Source: Kudoa neothunni
Taxonomy: Eukaryota; Animalia; Cnidaria
Direction: 5' to 3'
Length of the DNA: 64,000 nt
Assembly (NCBI GenBank): GCA_964304625.1
Contig: OZ199839.1
Location: 4,139,092-4,203,091 of the forward strand
Position 1 is the stretch's first letter, and each line of letters begins with the position of its first letter. Of the stretch, positions 37,443 to 51,475 are shown in pieces. Below the pieces are notes generated by a model that had not been told where the DNA came from, did not search any database, and worked only from the letters and a program-made list of their open reading frames with translations. The position numbers and the translations under genes were made by a program.

Positions 37443-40400
37443 TCAGACACCTAAATGAGCCGCTACATTTTTTAAGAGTTCGGTCAGAAATGTATTCACA
37501 TTCTACAAAGAACCATTACAGAAAACCTCCCAACAAAGTGGATACCTGATCAGAGGGGCCATTGACAGAGTAACTTTTGGCTTGTTTGGCTTTGAAATAA
37601 CGATGCTGTGGTTCAGCTACAGAATATTAGAATGCGTACCGTACACTTCAAATAAGGTCTTACAATTGTGTGATAAATCTTGAGTGTTCGTGTTGCTGCC
37701 GGAAAGTTTAAGTATGGTGGCCAATGTAGAAAAAAGTGGATAACTGAATGAAGTAAACAAAGATTCCCTTATAATGTTAGAAATTTCCTTAAATCTAAAA
37801 ATAGGTAGCGAGTTAAAAACTATCAGAATGTAATTGGAAACCTTTTATTAACATATTCCGGATATGCCAAGGCCAATATTCCTGCAGAAAAAATTAAATG
37901 GTCACATTGAAGATGGTATTGAACAGCGTCGTTGCATTTTTTTATTAGAAGGTCTACCATAATGTTCACTTCATAACTTGTGAGATTGTAGCTTTTGAGA
38001 GTTTGGGCTTGAGCATCGAATATTTTATCAATTCCAACACCTAATTGTATTTTTTGTGTGAGTTGATTCAAGAAATGAAACGACATTCACTTTGATGTTT
38101 CACCGTGGAATCCATACGCTGATTGATCAGATGAGTAATAATGCGGTCATCATTGTACAAAGCTAAAGTATGATTAGGAAATAGTTGAATAACAGCTCTA
38201 TTGATAAAGTACCCATGACTAAAACAGTGTTCATTTTGTCAATTTTTGAAACAACTCTAATAATTTAATTTAGTTATTCGAAATAACGGATTATGATTTA
38301 GGAGCTAAATTTTTACGAGGAATAAATTTTTCCTGTTGAATTAGGAGTATGAGGGTTTGGTGTTAATTTTTTGTTAGAACATGAGAGATCGTGATCCATC
38401 TTGTTAATGCAAATCAGCAAACTGAAAACAGCAATGATTAGATCAGCTATTTTTGAATGACCATTTTGCATTGACCACGAAAAATCTAATCGTTCGTCAA
38501 ACGTACTTCTAGTGAAGTTGGGGAAAATTACACGGGTAGATCGCAGCTACAAATGAGAACGAGAAAGACGTGCTAAAATCGATATTTGTGATCATTTTGA
38601 ATTTATTTATTATATTTCGAATTGGAGCCTCTTTGGTGATATCGGAAAAGTATTTCTGGAACTATTAGATTGGAGAATAAAAAATCAGCATTTAGCAGAC
38701 CGTAAGTGAAAATTACGGTTAGATTCGCCGGTTTATTTTGGATAAAATTTGAGAGTATACTGTACAAAATGTTCCAACAAACCTCAGGAATATTTTCTGC
38801 GTTGGTCTAGATAGAAGTTAACAATATCATTCATCATTAATAAAGATGTAATACCTGTATTAAAATAATTACTAAAATAAATACACAGCCTTGTAAATCG
38901 GAGAGCTAATATAAATAAGATTGATCATATATGTCGATCAGATAGTTGAATTTACATAATCAACGTTGTTTATTATTTCGTATAGGCAATTCAAACACAC
39001 GCTATGTATGGAGTTGCTGTTGTAGGGAGTGGTCATTAGTTTGCTTAGGATAACTAGCAACTGCTGGAAGTGTTTTTGTTCGCGATGGTCAATCAAAATC
39101 GAGCAAGAGTAGACTGTTAATGCGGGTATAAGAATGATTTTATTTATTTCCTCTTCAACAAGTGACAAACGTCCGGTAGAGTCTTTGGGGAGGTTGATTT
39201 GGTTTAATTTAGAGAAAAGAGTTGATTCTAACACTTCCCCTTTAAGAAGAGAAGCAATATCAGCACTAAAGTTTTCAACTTTTGTGTACTAGATTAAAGA
39301 TCAAGAAAATCAACCTGAGTAGTTTGATGTGATCCAAAAAAAATTACATTCATAACCAACGATTTGATATCATACAACAGCAGTTTGTAAGTTTTAATAA
39401 GAGGTTTGTTTTCAAAAATTTCGTTCAGTGAACTAATTTGTGTTTCATTTTTAATATCTAACAGTTTCAATTATGATGTATTCCTTTTTAATTTTTGACT
39501 AATCCTTAAATACCATTTATTTGGAAAAATCTGTAATTGATTGAGGAAACATAACTTTGAATGAAATTTTCGTTTACAGCGGATTTGACGGAGCTAGGAA
39601 TTGAACCAGTTGATGAAGTCAACGGGAATTCTTCATTGCTCAAAACATAGAGTATGTTTGCTGCGGCCGAGACAATATCTAGAACGAATTTCTTTGGTAC
39701 TACCAGAAGTAGACTGATCAAATGAATTAGAATTTTGGTAAATGTATTCTTATCTACATATAAGATAGCACAACTAATGATTAGTCAAAAGTTCATACTT
39801 ATTTGGAAGGTCTCGTAAGTTACAATGCTAAGAATCCGTATGAAAAACGATAATGTTTCATTCTGGTAATCTGGATTCAGTATATCTGAATTGATGTTTG
39901 AGTATATCTAAGAGTTAGTTTAACCCTCCTATTATATTGTCAATAGAATAAAGTAAGCGTATAAATTATGATCAAAAGAGTAATGTGAGCATATAAATTT
40001 AAGTTAAATGAATATTTGTTACATATTTTTTAAAAAAATTATAAAGTACGGTTTTCATTTCTGAAAAAACGTCATCAATCAAAAATTCATGATTTGCGGA
40101 AATCTTGGAGAGCGAAGCGTTTATCATCATATATAATTCTTCTGGTTGCATTTTGTAGCAGACTTTGTGATAGAACTGTTTGCGTAACGAGTAGAAATAC
40201 GCGGTAATTTATGCGAATTACCTTTTTGAAATAAACCCAGGCTTCTTTAGCCATCTTCTTATCAAGAGCGATGTATTTCCACACATAATTGGATAGCTTA
40301 GACAAAACTTTGTTGTCACTAAATGTGAGAGTGACGATTGAATGCACAATGTTGATAATATCGAATCTTTCGCTGTCTTTTATCTGTCGGGATATTCTAA

Positions 40401-43400
40401 ATAATTTCAGTACAAAAATTTGATAAAACATATTTAACAAATCTTTGGTCAGTTATTTGTTTCAATTTTTATATTAATTAATATATTTTCTCATAATGTT
40501 ATTGTATACAATAATCGAGTAAGAAATGCTTTCAGAAGAATCTAATAATTATAAAAAATCCATACTTTACCAAATTGCTCATCCAAGGTTCCAAGTAAAT
40601 TATCACAACATCTCTTATTTCATCTTGGAAGGAGTTCAAAAAGTCCAATGTGCATTGTATAAATCCGATGGTAAAGGAGGGAGCATCCATCGATATCATT
40701 TCACTTACCATAGATAGTACTGAAAGATGTGAATTACAAATCCATTCCCCTAATTATATGTATAAAAATAAAAACGTAGCATTTTCAAATTAACCTCTTG
40801 TGTTAAGATAATCTAACGAACGACCCAACTCGTATCGCTTGGCCATAATTTTGAGGAATGATACAGCTTGAAGCTTCGCTTGAATATTTTGGCTCAGGAA
40901 TATTTTAAACGCCTAAAATGATACCTTAAACACACATTTTTGTAAAAAGACCTATTTACAACTGCGATAGCCTTTCCAATGAAAAAATTTTCGAAACTAT
41001 TCAGCGAACACATGATTACTGATGGCTACATTCACACACATTTAGATATGCATATAAAAAATCAAAATCCGTAAAATTTAACTCACTTTACATCTAGCTT
41101 TAAACAGATTTAACTGTTCCAAAATTTTCATTGCATTTTGTGACTCCAATTTTTTCAAAATGTCCCCATTTAAATTAATTTCAATAACTGTACCGAGAAC
41201 ATTCACCTAGAATCGTTACATAAAAGCATCTTAAAAGAACGACTTACATCTTTTATAGTCGAATATTTTATCACGTCTGTTATAACTTGTTTCGATTTTT
41301 TTCTCTCATTTAATACAGCGTATTTCAACACAATCTCATGCTTTTTTATCTACATTAATTGCATTGTGAATCCAACTCGATCGAGTGAAAATTCATACTA
41401 TCATATTCACATGTGGGGTTGTGTTGTAGGTGACAATAAAATTAATATCTGTATCATCGGTAATGAATGTCGAAATATAACCTAAATCTGGTTTGTCGAT
41501 GATATTTCCAAGTTCTTTTGCATCGTCAATAAATATGATTTTCGAATAAATCTACAGTTTATTTAATACATCGTATTATTTTATCGTTTTATACTCTCTT
41601 CAAATATGTTGAATAGTTAAAAATATCGTAAAGGTCCTTTGGAAAGTTTATCAAGTAGATTTTTTGTAAGCGAATCATAACAAACGAATCCGATTGCTCA
41701 TAGTCATGAGGATTAACCAGTTTTATCTAATAAAAAATAATATTTATTGATTATGGGGTTTTCAATTACAATTTGATGCTTATTTTGAAATCCGTATGCG
41801 TCAATCACTAATATCCAAGGAGCATCATTATCAGTACGAGGTATTGTATTGAGTAGTTCGAAAAGCGAATCAAATGGTGCTTTTTGGACATTTCTATGCG
41901 ATGGAATTTTGCAATAATTACCAAACTTTAAATCTAACGAATTTACTCGAATGAGGCCAACTTTAAAAGATATATCTCGGTAGAAGGATCCAATTTGGAT
42001 TGAGGAGATAACTTTAGCTAAATATTAAATGATATATGTAAAATTTATTTTAAATTTTAATTAAAATTACATTGATAATGAGGTTGAGTTGGTCTTTAAA
42101 GTTGTACTGAATTTGTTGAACCATACTTTTGTTTACAAAACTACTGCTTGAGAATATGTCCGAACTATCGTTGTTGTTGTTGTTATTATTCAAACTTTTA
42201 GTGGGCCTAAATGCCTCGTTAATTATGCGGTGATAAACATCAAAATTCTCTTTCAATATAGACACGTACAAATGATTTGCTGTTAGCTTTAGGTTATTTT
42301 CAGACATAAATTGCTGTTGTAATTCGGTAAAGTGATTGACCTTAAATAAGTACTCTTCCAATTTCTTTAACAAAGTCTTGTCTACAGATCTACAGTTGGT
42401 GATCACAGATTAGATCGGAATTGAAGAATGAATGATTACTCCACTTCTGTAAAATTTTCGTAGTTTGAAGGCAAATTCATATAACAACTGGCCAACACAT
42501 CAACAATAGTGTTAGAGTTTTCTAATTTTGGTGACTTGGCAGTGGAAATACTTTTTGGGGTATACTCAATGAGGTTATCAATAAAACTAAATAATTAGTT
42601 ATCGAGATAAATGTTTTCTCAGATACGTCTCCATCTTTGGAATGGATTGTTTAATATAGAAATCAAATGGCTGCATAAACTCTTCTTTTGCTCGCGATGT
42701 CTTATTGGCTATGTTTTGTAAAATCTAATCGCACAGACAAATAGTTAAAATATCACTAATATCTTTTGAATGTTTGCCTACTTTGGATAATAGCGTTACT
42801 GCACGGTTCAATTTTTTCTCGAGCGCGTCATTTTTGGCATATTTAGAAATGCAGTATTGTATCTGCGGATTAAAAAATCTCAAGCAAAATATACTGGCCA
42901 CTGTGTTTTTCGCATCTTCAGGATATTTCACGTGAATTGCCTATTATTGCGACCGAATAATATATATTTTATAATACAAAGTTAATTAACTACCGTATAC
43001 AACGCTTTAGCTATAATTTTCAGCTGTTCAGGTGATCTATTAAATTTTATTTTTTGCGCTACGTAACACAACCAATACTTTTCATGATAACGATACAAGG
43101 TTTTCATAAATATATTAACCAGATTTGCCAAATTGTTGCGATTATTGTTCATATTACAAGGAGCATCAATTCTTCTACTATCAACTTCGTATTCGTTTTG
43201 CGGTTCGTTTACTATCTTGTCTACCACTGGTTGAACCAAAAGACGAACGTGCTCCATGGCTTTCACCCGAAATATGCTTTGGATCAGTTTGAGTGCTCCT
43301 GACTCGGATCTAAACAGTACTTGCTTGCTAGTGGAAGATGCTACCTGTCGAAGAATTTATTATTAATTTATTTTAATTTATAACCAAAACTTACTTCCTC

Positions 43401-46400
43401 TGTGGCAATCGACTCCACAAAATCATATAAAAGCCCTCTTTGTGTAAACAAGTCGACTATGATAAAACCAAAATTGTCCTATTTGTATAATGCAATTTCG
43501 CTACTATTTACATTTAAAATGTTACAATATTGGCTGTGTTGCACAGCTTGAAGAAGACAGTCTCAGCCACTAGGTATCGATTCTCAATTTTTGTTATCAA
43601 AATATCTCCGATCGCGTCAGCATCAGCTTTTAATGCAAGAAAATCCCCATAGAAACGATTACATCCAATCTAAATATAAAATAACAACCACGTGCAACCT
43701 TTGATATATTACAATCTTGTAAACGTGACAAATAATGCTGAATAGGTCGCAACTGTGCTCGTTGAGGGCATAAGTATCGAGGATTTCTAAATTTGGATAA
43801 CATAATTTGAAAACTCAATTAAACATAGCCGTTCTCTCATTTATATTTTTATTATAAAGTTCCTTAAAATGTATACATTTAATATAAACAATTAACTTGT
43901 ACTGATGCAAACACACTCACAACCTTATTTGAAACAAAATCATTTAGAGATTAAACAGATATCAGCTCGTATTTTTCAATAAACTTATGAAAAAATTAAA
44001 ACATTAAAAGGACCAAATAATTTGTTGTAAGTATGGCTCTTATAACAAAAATAGATTAAAGTGTAATTAGGGGTTATTTTTTCATAACGGAAACCCATCT
44101 AAACAGCTACCACGATAATTGTAACTTCTGAATATTAATTAAACGTCTACTATTTCTCAATTATGTCTGGCAAAAACTGAATTAATGAATGGAAAAGTAA
44201 ACCAATAATTTATATTATAATTTATCGACAAAAACATAATAAATATAGATCGAAGGTTATTTTAGGTTTATAAGAGGTTTTAAGCGCCTAAAACATTTTT
44301 TAACTTATCTTAATAATGTTTTGGTAATTAATGTTTACATTGATCTATTTTATAATCAAAGATTTTAACATCAAATAGAAAAATATGGATATACCTAGAT
44401 AAGGTAATCACTACCAGAGCGACCTTACAATGGAGGTGTAATTATTATTAATATTCAAAGTTAGATTGCCTTTATAACTTTTTAATCAAATGTTTATTGA
44501 ATTCTTAGTTAACACTCATACTTACGACGAAATAAATACAGTAGGTGCCCACGACCTGTTAAGTGCCCTCGAGTCGTTATGACGCATGTGAATAAAGCAA
44601 AATTTTAATATGAGCTCTTGCAACTTAGTCTCTCCTATTTATCACTATGTTTATATTTATATTCAAAAGTATATTAATAAAATAAAATTTTCTTATAACA
44701 ATCATGTAAAGATTAAATGCGATTAATCCAGTCCAGGGGTTCCCAACTGGGGGTGCAAACTTTGGTCTCAGGTAGTGCGAGTCTTGTTTTAGTTAGGAAG
44801 CGTTGATCTAGTCTATCCTTGACTTTAATTTGTAGAAACAAACCATTTAGACGATGTGATGATAATACCAATGATTTCTGTCAACAAAAATTTTAACAAA
44901 TAATAAATGCAATTCACACATCAGGTTTTATTGCAATCAAAATTATTTTTTATTTTAACCATAGAGGCTGGGACGATTTTAAATATAAACATGCAGAAAA
45001 CTTTCTTAATGAATCACTATATCTTAAGGAAGTGTTGCGTAACAAATGAACTATTTTCTGTACTCAAGAGAAGTAGGAGTAAGAGTTAATAATCAAGATA
45101 AATTTAATATATGTTGATATACTCAATAAAATATAACTAAAGTTTTATAGCATACTCGTTAGTTGGATTTTGCTTTGGAAAAGTTTTTAATATTTTACTG
45201 GTAAAGCTTTGGCATTCTTGAACCGTAAATCGTCGTTTCTAGATCTATGACCGTAGATAACATTTGATAATTTCGTTTTCTGAACAATTTGTACATTTTT
45301 CTCAAATAAATTAGAGCAAAATTCATAGAAATAGTAAATTTTTTAAATTTGTTTTGGTTATTTGTAATTTTCATTCCATTATGAGACTTCATAATGGATT
45401 CTTTATTACCCAAAATCCTGTTTAAAGAGGATAGATATTTTAAGTTAAAATTATTGAGAATTTTAGTTTATCTGTTTTTCCGATTCGATATTCTTTCATA
45501 ATATGACATTATATCCATTTTATCTGTCAAAGAACGTACCTTCTTGGTTTTCTTCAAGTGCCCACGAGTCGTAAATTTGAGCTAATTCTTATATACAACG
45601 AATTAAAACCAAAACTGAGGTTTTAATAACTTATTATAATTGTTGTGCTTTTATTTGATTCATTTTAATTAGTCACAGTATTGTGTAAGTCATTAAATCA
45701 TGGCAGGTGCCCACGAGTGGTAATGCGCACGAGCCGTCACCTACTGTATATTGCTAGTCTAATATTGGATAATCTTCAGAACACATGAAACAAATAATAT
45801 TCCAAAAATTAATGAATGAAATATGATTTTCTTACTTTATATTAAAATATTATATAAAACAATTAATTGTTAAAAAGTAATATCAGTTTATTTTTTAACT
45901 AAAATAAAAATGTCTGTTATTCAGCGAAAGTCAACTCTAAAATATCTATTCCGAAGTTTTCCCCATTTATATAAGTATAAACAATATTTATCTATTTTTA
46001 GGTATTTTTAAAAATTATTTCAATATTTTCAGTTATTTTTCCATATGAAGTGTAATCAATAAGTATACTTAATATTAAAATATTATTTATGGAGTTAATT
46101 TTTTTATAGACTTCAAATATTTATAACTTTTTAACCAACAATTACTCAAACTTGATACATATGTCAAAAATAAGTACTTTGAAAAATTAATTGAAACCGC
46201 AAGTTTAGACGAAAATGGTAATAGCGATATATTTTTTCTGATTATCTTTAAATTTACATATTTAGCAATAAAATGTTAAAAATGTAAATGCATGCAGATA
46301 AAGGAATTTTCCATTATGTTTTGGAGTATTCTTTAATATAAAACAGAACTTCCTGACTTTCTTATTAGAGTAAATTTTTTTCATACAAAACAACCTCGAC

Positions 46401-49400
46401 TTCATATTAAGTTGATCATAAGTAATCAAAAGATATTCTGTTCTAACAAATTTAACGTTAGCTCAATAATTTAAAAGTTAAATTCTTGTTTTATTTATAA
46501 TTACCAATTTTCAATTAAACTAATTGTAGTATCTTATTTAAATAAACTATTAATATAACTATCAAGTATTTATTACTAAAAATATATGATATCTGATTTA
46601 ATTATTTTATTTAGGTAGATTACTGATAACCTTTAAGAAATTAGTAGTTTGTTGAGCCACTTAATTAATTAGAAAAAATAAAAGAACATCGACGCTTTTT
46701 AACAATTAAATTATGTCTTAATTATATTCTATTCGTCAGTAGAAGTGAAAGCACTCTAGTTACAAACAATTTATCATAACTTTAATTAAATATCGGCCGA
46801 TTGAAACTAACTTTCATACCATTCATAACGTCAAAAGTAACGTTCCAATTAGAAATTACGAAGGATGTTATGGTGTCTGTGAGGAGACGGTTGAGTTCAT
46901 GGTTTTTTTTGAATAGTGGAAAGCTTGAAACATTCATCAGTTGTTGTAACACACTAAGACGCAATAAGTTTTTGTAAATTTTGATATCCAATACGAAATT
47001 TGTTTCTTACCTGTTGAAATTGTGTTGTGTGGCGGTATAATAACTTTCTTTGGATGATGATCTTTCAGGAGGCCATTTAAAATGAATAAATACATTTCTT
47101 AATGCCAAACACATAATCTGATACAGCTGTTCATTTCTAAATAACGTTAAGCTGAAAACCCTCCAGCGAATAGTATATAAGCAACCTTTTGATGGAAAGT
47201 TTGAGTGGATTATATTCCATAGAATGATTGTTATCCAAGTCGGCCAGATTGTCCAGTGCTTTGATATTTAACAATCCCGAGAGAAGAATGTCATTTATCT
47301 CACTCATCCAACCATACAGAATCTCGAAAATTTTCTGAGCATAATAACACAGTTTTAATGGCCATCTATAGTTTGGAGACTGGAACATTTTAAATATCAC
47401 ATTTGATATATCTCTGTAGTAGATTGGATCCACTTTCATATTAGAAAAGTGCACACCTGGGTTTATTAGCGTGTTCAGTAAAAAACAGATATTTTCATCA
47501 TTTTCAGGTTTGTTGATGTGAAACAACCATTGGTTTTTGCTTTCATATAAAATATTCATGAGTTGAATAATGTTAACATAGAATATTGTAAAGTCGTTAT
47601 GCTCCTAAAGGGAAAAGTTTATGATGTTTTGTGCAATTTTGTCATATATATTATATATTCACGAGATCATATTCAAAATGTGATACCTGTTGTCTGACTA
47701 ATAAATTGAAAATTGTGACTATTTTCGAAAGAAGTAAATCGGAGAATTCTGGATTTAAATAATGACCGAAGGCTGTCATAATGCTATTGGTGGTCAAGTC
47801 TTCATTGTGATATTTATTTGTAAATAACGTCATGGCCAGCATAGCAAACCGTGTAGAATTACTGTTTCACATATTTCCGGAGGGTTGGAGTCAAAAATTA
47901 AATTAAACTTTAAAGAATATAATTTACTTATCTTCTTTGGTGTCGAAGGTAAGTGTGGCTACGTAAAACGAGTTGATCCTTCTTGGCGAAAACGGCGCTG
48001 ACTAGATAAAACAAAAGTCAATTGACAAAATTATAATATCTTAAAAGTAATGTATCGTCTATTTTTACATTATCAGTGCCGGATTTTCTATCCAGATATT
48101 TCATAATAATAATGGGCAAACGGTTAGCAATTCCGGTATTGTAAGGAAGCGAAATTTTTGGGTTTGACACAGATTTTGAGCATGTAGTTCCAAAAACACT
48201 CGATGAAATTTCATGTGCCTTAAATGAATTAAAAATCAATTTTTTATTTATTCAAGGATATTATTGTATACCATTTGAAGAGCTTTTGAGTCGCATCTAT
48301 TATCGGCAAGAATCTTCATCACTTGTATTTCTCCGCTATTTTTTCCAGCTAAAAATCATATAAATCGAACCATTAGTATAAATAATCAGATTTTTTGTTA
48401 GTTAAAAATACACATGAATTCAATTTCTGACAAATGCGAATTTCCTATCAATTTAAGCAATTTCACAATCGACATTAATGTTTTTTCTGCACAGTGTTCT
48501 GGTTTAACACCAACTTTATCCACCCACTGATATTCAGCGGCAAGCAGGTTACAACAATTCAAAACCATCTTGCAAGCCCAAAAGTTATCAATCCACAAAA
48601 AAATATACAATGCATGCTAAAATATATTTCGATAGTGATTATTTTTTCTATTCTGCCAATGCTGGAAAAAGTAGCTACGTTACCTCTACGGATTGAAGTG
48701 ATCTGGATATTAAAGACTCTAGGCTGAGATTGATTTCCTTGATCTAAATCAAATATAGTTGATGTTGATAAAAGGTGTGTTAAATATACTTTATAATTGG
48801 GATTTCTCTTCATATATTTAAATTTTTCTTCCATAATAAATCCAATGGCTTGAACTACATTAATGACAGTAATTTCGTTGGATTGCGTTTTGAGAACATC
48901 TTCAGCTAACACAGAAGCTAGTAAGAAACTACAAATATAATTTGAGAATTAAAATAAATGTCTTTTATAAGCTGATATGGAAATACTGCAAGGAGATGTT
49001 CTTTTCAAACCAAATACTCATTGTTGATTCTGTATAGAGTACTTTAATAATCTTTAAATATAACATCGTAATATTGGAATAATAGATCAAAAGAAGAGGC
49101 GTTGTTACTTCATTTATTTCATCTGATATTTCTGGCAATGAATAATGCACTAGTAGTTTACAAATACAAATGATGACGGTATTGATTTCTTCATATGATG
49201 AATTGGATGCATCCTAAATAGACTGAGCATAAATTGAGTTTTTAATGCAAAAATCTACCAGTAACATTTGATGTAAACATTTTTTGTATATTCGAAGACA
49301 GCTATGTAGCCACAATGTAGTTGAGTCATCAACCTGTCGATCCACTTCCTTTACTGCTTTCTAAAACCACGAATAACATTGTTTACAATTTTAGAAAGTT

Positions 49401-51475
49401 TTTGATTTTAAATACTTTACTGTTATTACTGTTGAGAGAAGTGTTTGATGTGCTTATTAGTTTCTCCTGCAAAGAGCAGCTTAGCTTCAAAAAGTAAAAT
49501 AAAATGAGAATAAATTTTTAAAGTATTGAATATACGTCATTAAAGAACTCAAGAAAACAATTGTTGAATTTGATATCCTTTATAACGGTATGGATTTTGG
49601 GCCAAGAGTCGTCATAATTTTTCTAAAAATGGTGCCATTTTAGATTATTGTTATCACCGCAGCCAATGCATACCAGACTAGAAATCAAAGCTATACATCT
49701 AACAATTGTTGTTGCATTTAAGTTTTTATATTGAATAAAAAAGATTGGAGATAGTTCTTCCGCAGTAATACATTTGTTGAGAAGCATTGTTTTCAACAAT
49801 GAAACAGCAAAATCCAAAGTGGCACCAGTTGGATGAATATTTTTTGATAGGGTAGTGAATAATAATTTCTAATGTACCATATTGATAATCGATACAACCA
49901 GTAATAGTGCTTTCAATGTTAAATGTTACTTTTAGTCGCTCACTATAGTTGTTAAAAAGCTCGGTAGCTTTAGAGCGATGTATCAATTGTAGGTAGGTGA
50001 ACATTTGGCAGAAATGATACGTGGAGATTAGAGTTAGTTCTGTGTCAGTATTTTTTCCGCTGGTTAAAACTTTAACAATGTTGTTTAGGTTAGAAATTAT
50101 CTAACACGCGATTTCAAAATGAATGTAATACTAAACATCTTTTTAATATTACATTATCTTTTGGTAATGTGTTGTCAATGGCCAGATTGACAAATTCAGT
50201 AAATAAACGCTATAGAATTGTTCAAATCAGCAACCAAACAATCAACATAAGTTACTGGATGGAAATATATCAGTACACAGAAAAAAGCTGCTATGTTTTG
50301 GCGGTACTTGGAAGAATCCATCATTTTGTTCATTTTTTCCAGCAAACCCCACACCTGTTCCACAATAGTATTGTCAGGCTGACCGAAATGCTGGTTGAAT
50401 TTTTTTGGGTTGTTCTCAACAAGTAGACTGATGGCCTATACGAAATTTTTCATTTAATATATTTTGAGAGTTAAAAATCATAGTCTCATATCAATAAAGT
50501 TAAGAAAATTGCGTCAGCTAATGAGAAAAGCGGGAATAATCACCTCGATCGACTTGCAAATCAGTAAACCTTTATTACTTTTTTTCGATATAAGCATACT
50601 TGAGAGGTCTGAAAAAAAAATAACAGCGATTTTTGACAATCGATTATTAACCAAATAAAAAGTTAGCCAAATGTTGGAAATCCATCTCCAAACAACTATA
50701 TAATGAGCCAAGAGTTTGATCGTCATCTCCTTCTTTATTTTTGCCTTTCACTCTTAATTTTTTGTTTATACCACTGAAGAGTTAGTAAATACCGCATATT
50801 AATACACGTAGAGACCAATTCAAAATGTTTGGTACTCAACAGTCGCAAATATTTGCATGCGTACACCTCAATATATGGGTCAAATGGCCCATCTTCATTG
50901 GTGACAATCTACGATGGATGATTGGTTCACAACGGAAATCACATACAGAAATATAGGAATTACTCGAAGTAGTATACTAATAAAATATCGCAGTTGCTGG
51001 TTTGTCAACTCAGAATAATGTTTTGGATAGTTCTACAAGGGTAAATCAAAAGATAAATTACAAATGATTTATTACCCTTTTAAGCGATTTATAATAAAGG
51101 TAAAACCAAGATTTTTTATTCACGGCAGATTCAATTTGCCAATTAGGCTAAACGTATATCAATAAATATACACACAAAGAAAAACTAATTTATACTTTTG
51201 GTGTATCCAGATGGCTGAAACTTTGAATCACGTCACCAAAAAAACTTGAAAATCCCTGGTTTCCAATCTCGTCTAATGTTTTTTGAATATTTTGGTATCG
51301 ATAGATAAATTCATGCTGAGATGCGATACTGAAAAAATACTAAAAAACAAACATCCAATTCGATATATTTCTAATTACGCACAAACAGGTTTACATGTTT
51401 AGCACTGGGGTTGACGTGTGAAGATTCTCCCGGTTTAGATTTTTCACATCTTTTATTTTGCTTGTACACCCTCAT
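37443..51475 (-). CDS. NF1: Neurofibromin (RasGAP, Sec14-PH and HEAT-like regions), many small exons
   Basis: Collinear NF1-like blocks: AISLLVENNPKKF, DSWPKIHTV, HALYIFLW, GAP domain VLFRSES..EVDSRRID..NNRNNL..CLRFFNP..TLLSK|ILQNIAN, Sec14 PWILVIDAY..KIIFIDDAKEL, YLEPWMSNL. Stop TGA at 37443-37445. Start (about 51475) and several exon edges are uncertain. A 3-kb intron lies at about 43.8-46.8 kb. Confidence 0.92.
44539..45746 (-). mobile_element. pogo/Tigger-derived MITE, copy 2, in an NF1 intron
   Basis: TA TSDs and terminal CAGTAGGTG inverted repeat; homologous to 15307-16184. Keeps an HTH-like remnant KKVRSLTDKMDIMSYYE..LNRILGNKESI at about 45390-45550 (-). Confidence 0.88.
44734..44805. 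mobile_element. 72-bp hAT (Buster-like) micro-MITE nested in the pogo MITE
   Basis: TIR CAGGGGTTCCCAAC / GTTAGGAAGCGTTG; TSD ATCCAGTC / ATCTAGTC; empty site ATCTAACC at 15520-15527 in the paralogous copy. Confidence 0.85.

Noticed and set aside
48930-48990. Apparent GC-AG intron in NF1 after YFHIS
   Set aside because: A canonical GT donor slightly upstream (TTGCA|GTATTT) gives an in-frame join that aligns better with NF1.
50514-50726. ORF MTIKLLAH... as the NF1 start
   Set aside because: NF1-like sequence continues upstream in another frame through several exons to about 51475.
37443-51475. Possible stop-codon reassignment suggested by fragmented ORFs
   Set aside because: Every stop examined in the conserved genes falls within a short GT-AG intron; the standard code suffices.
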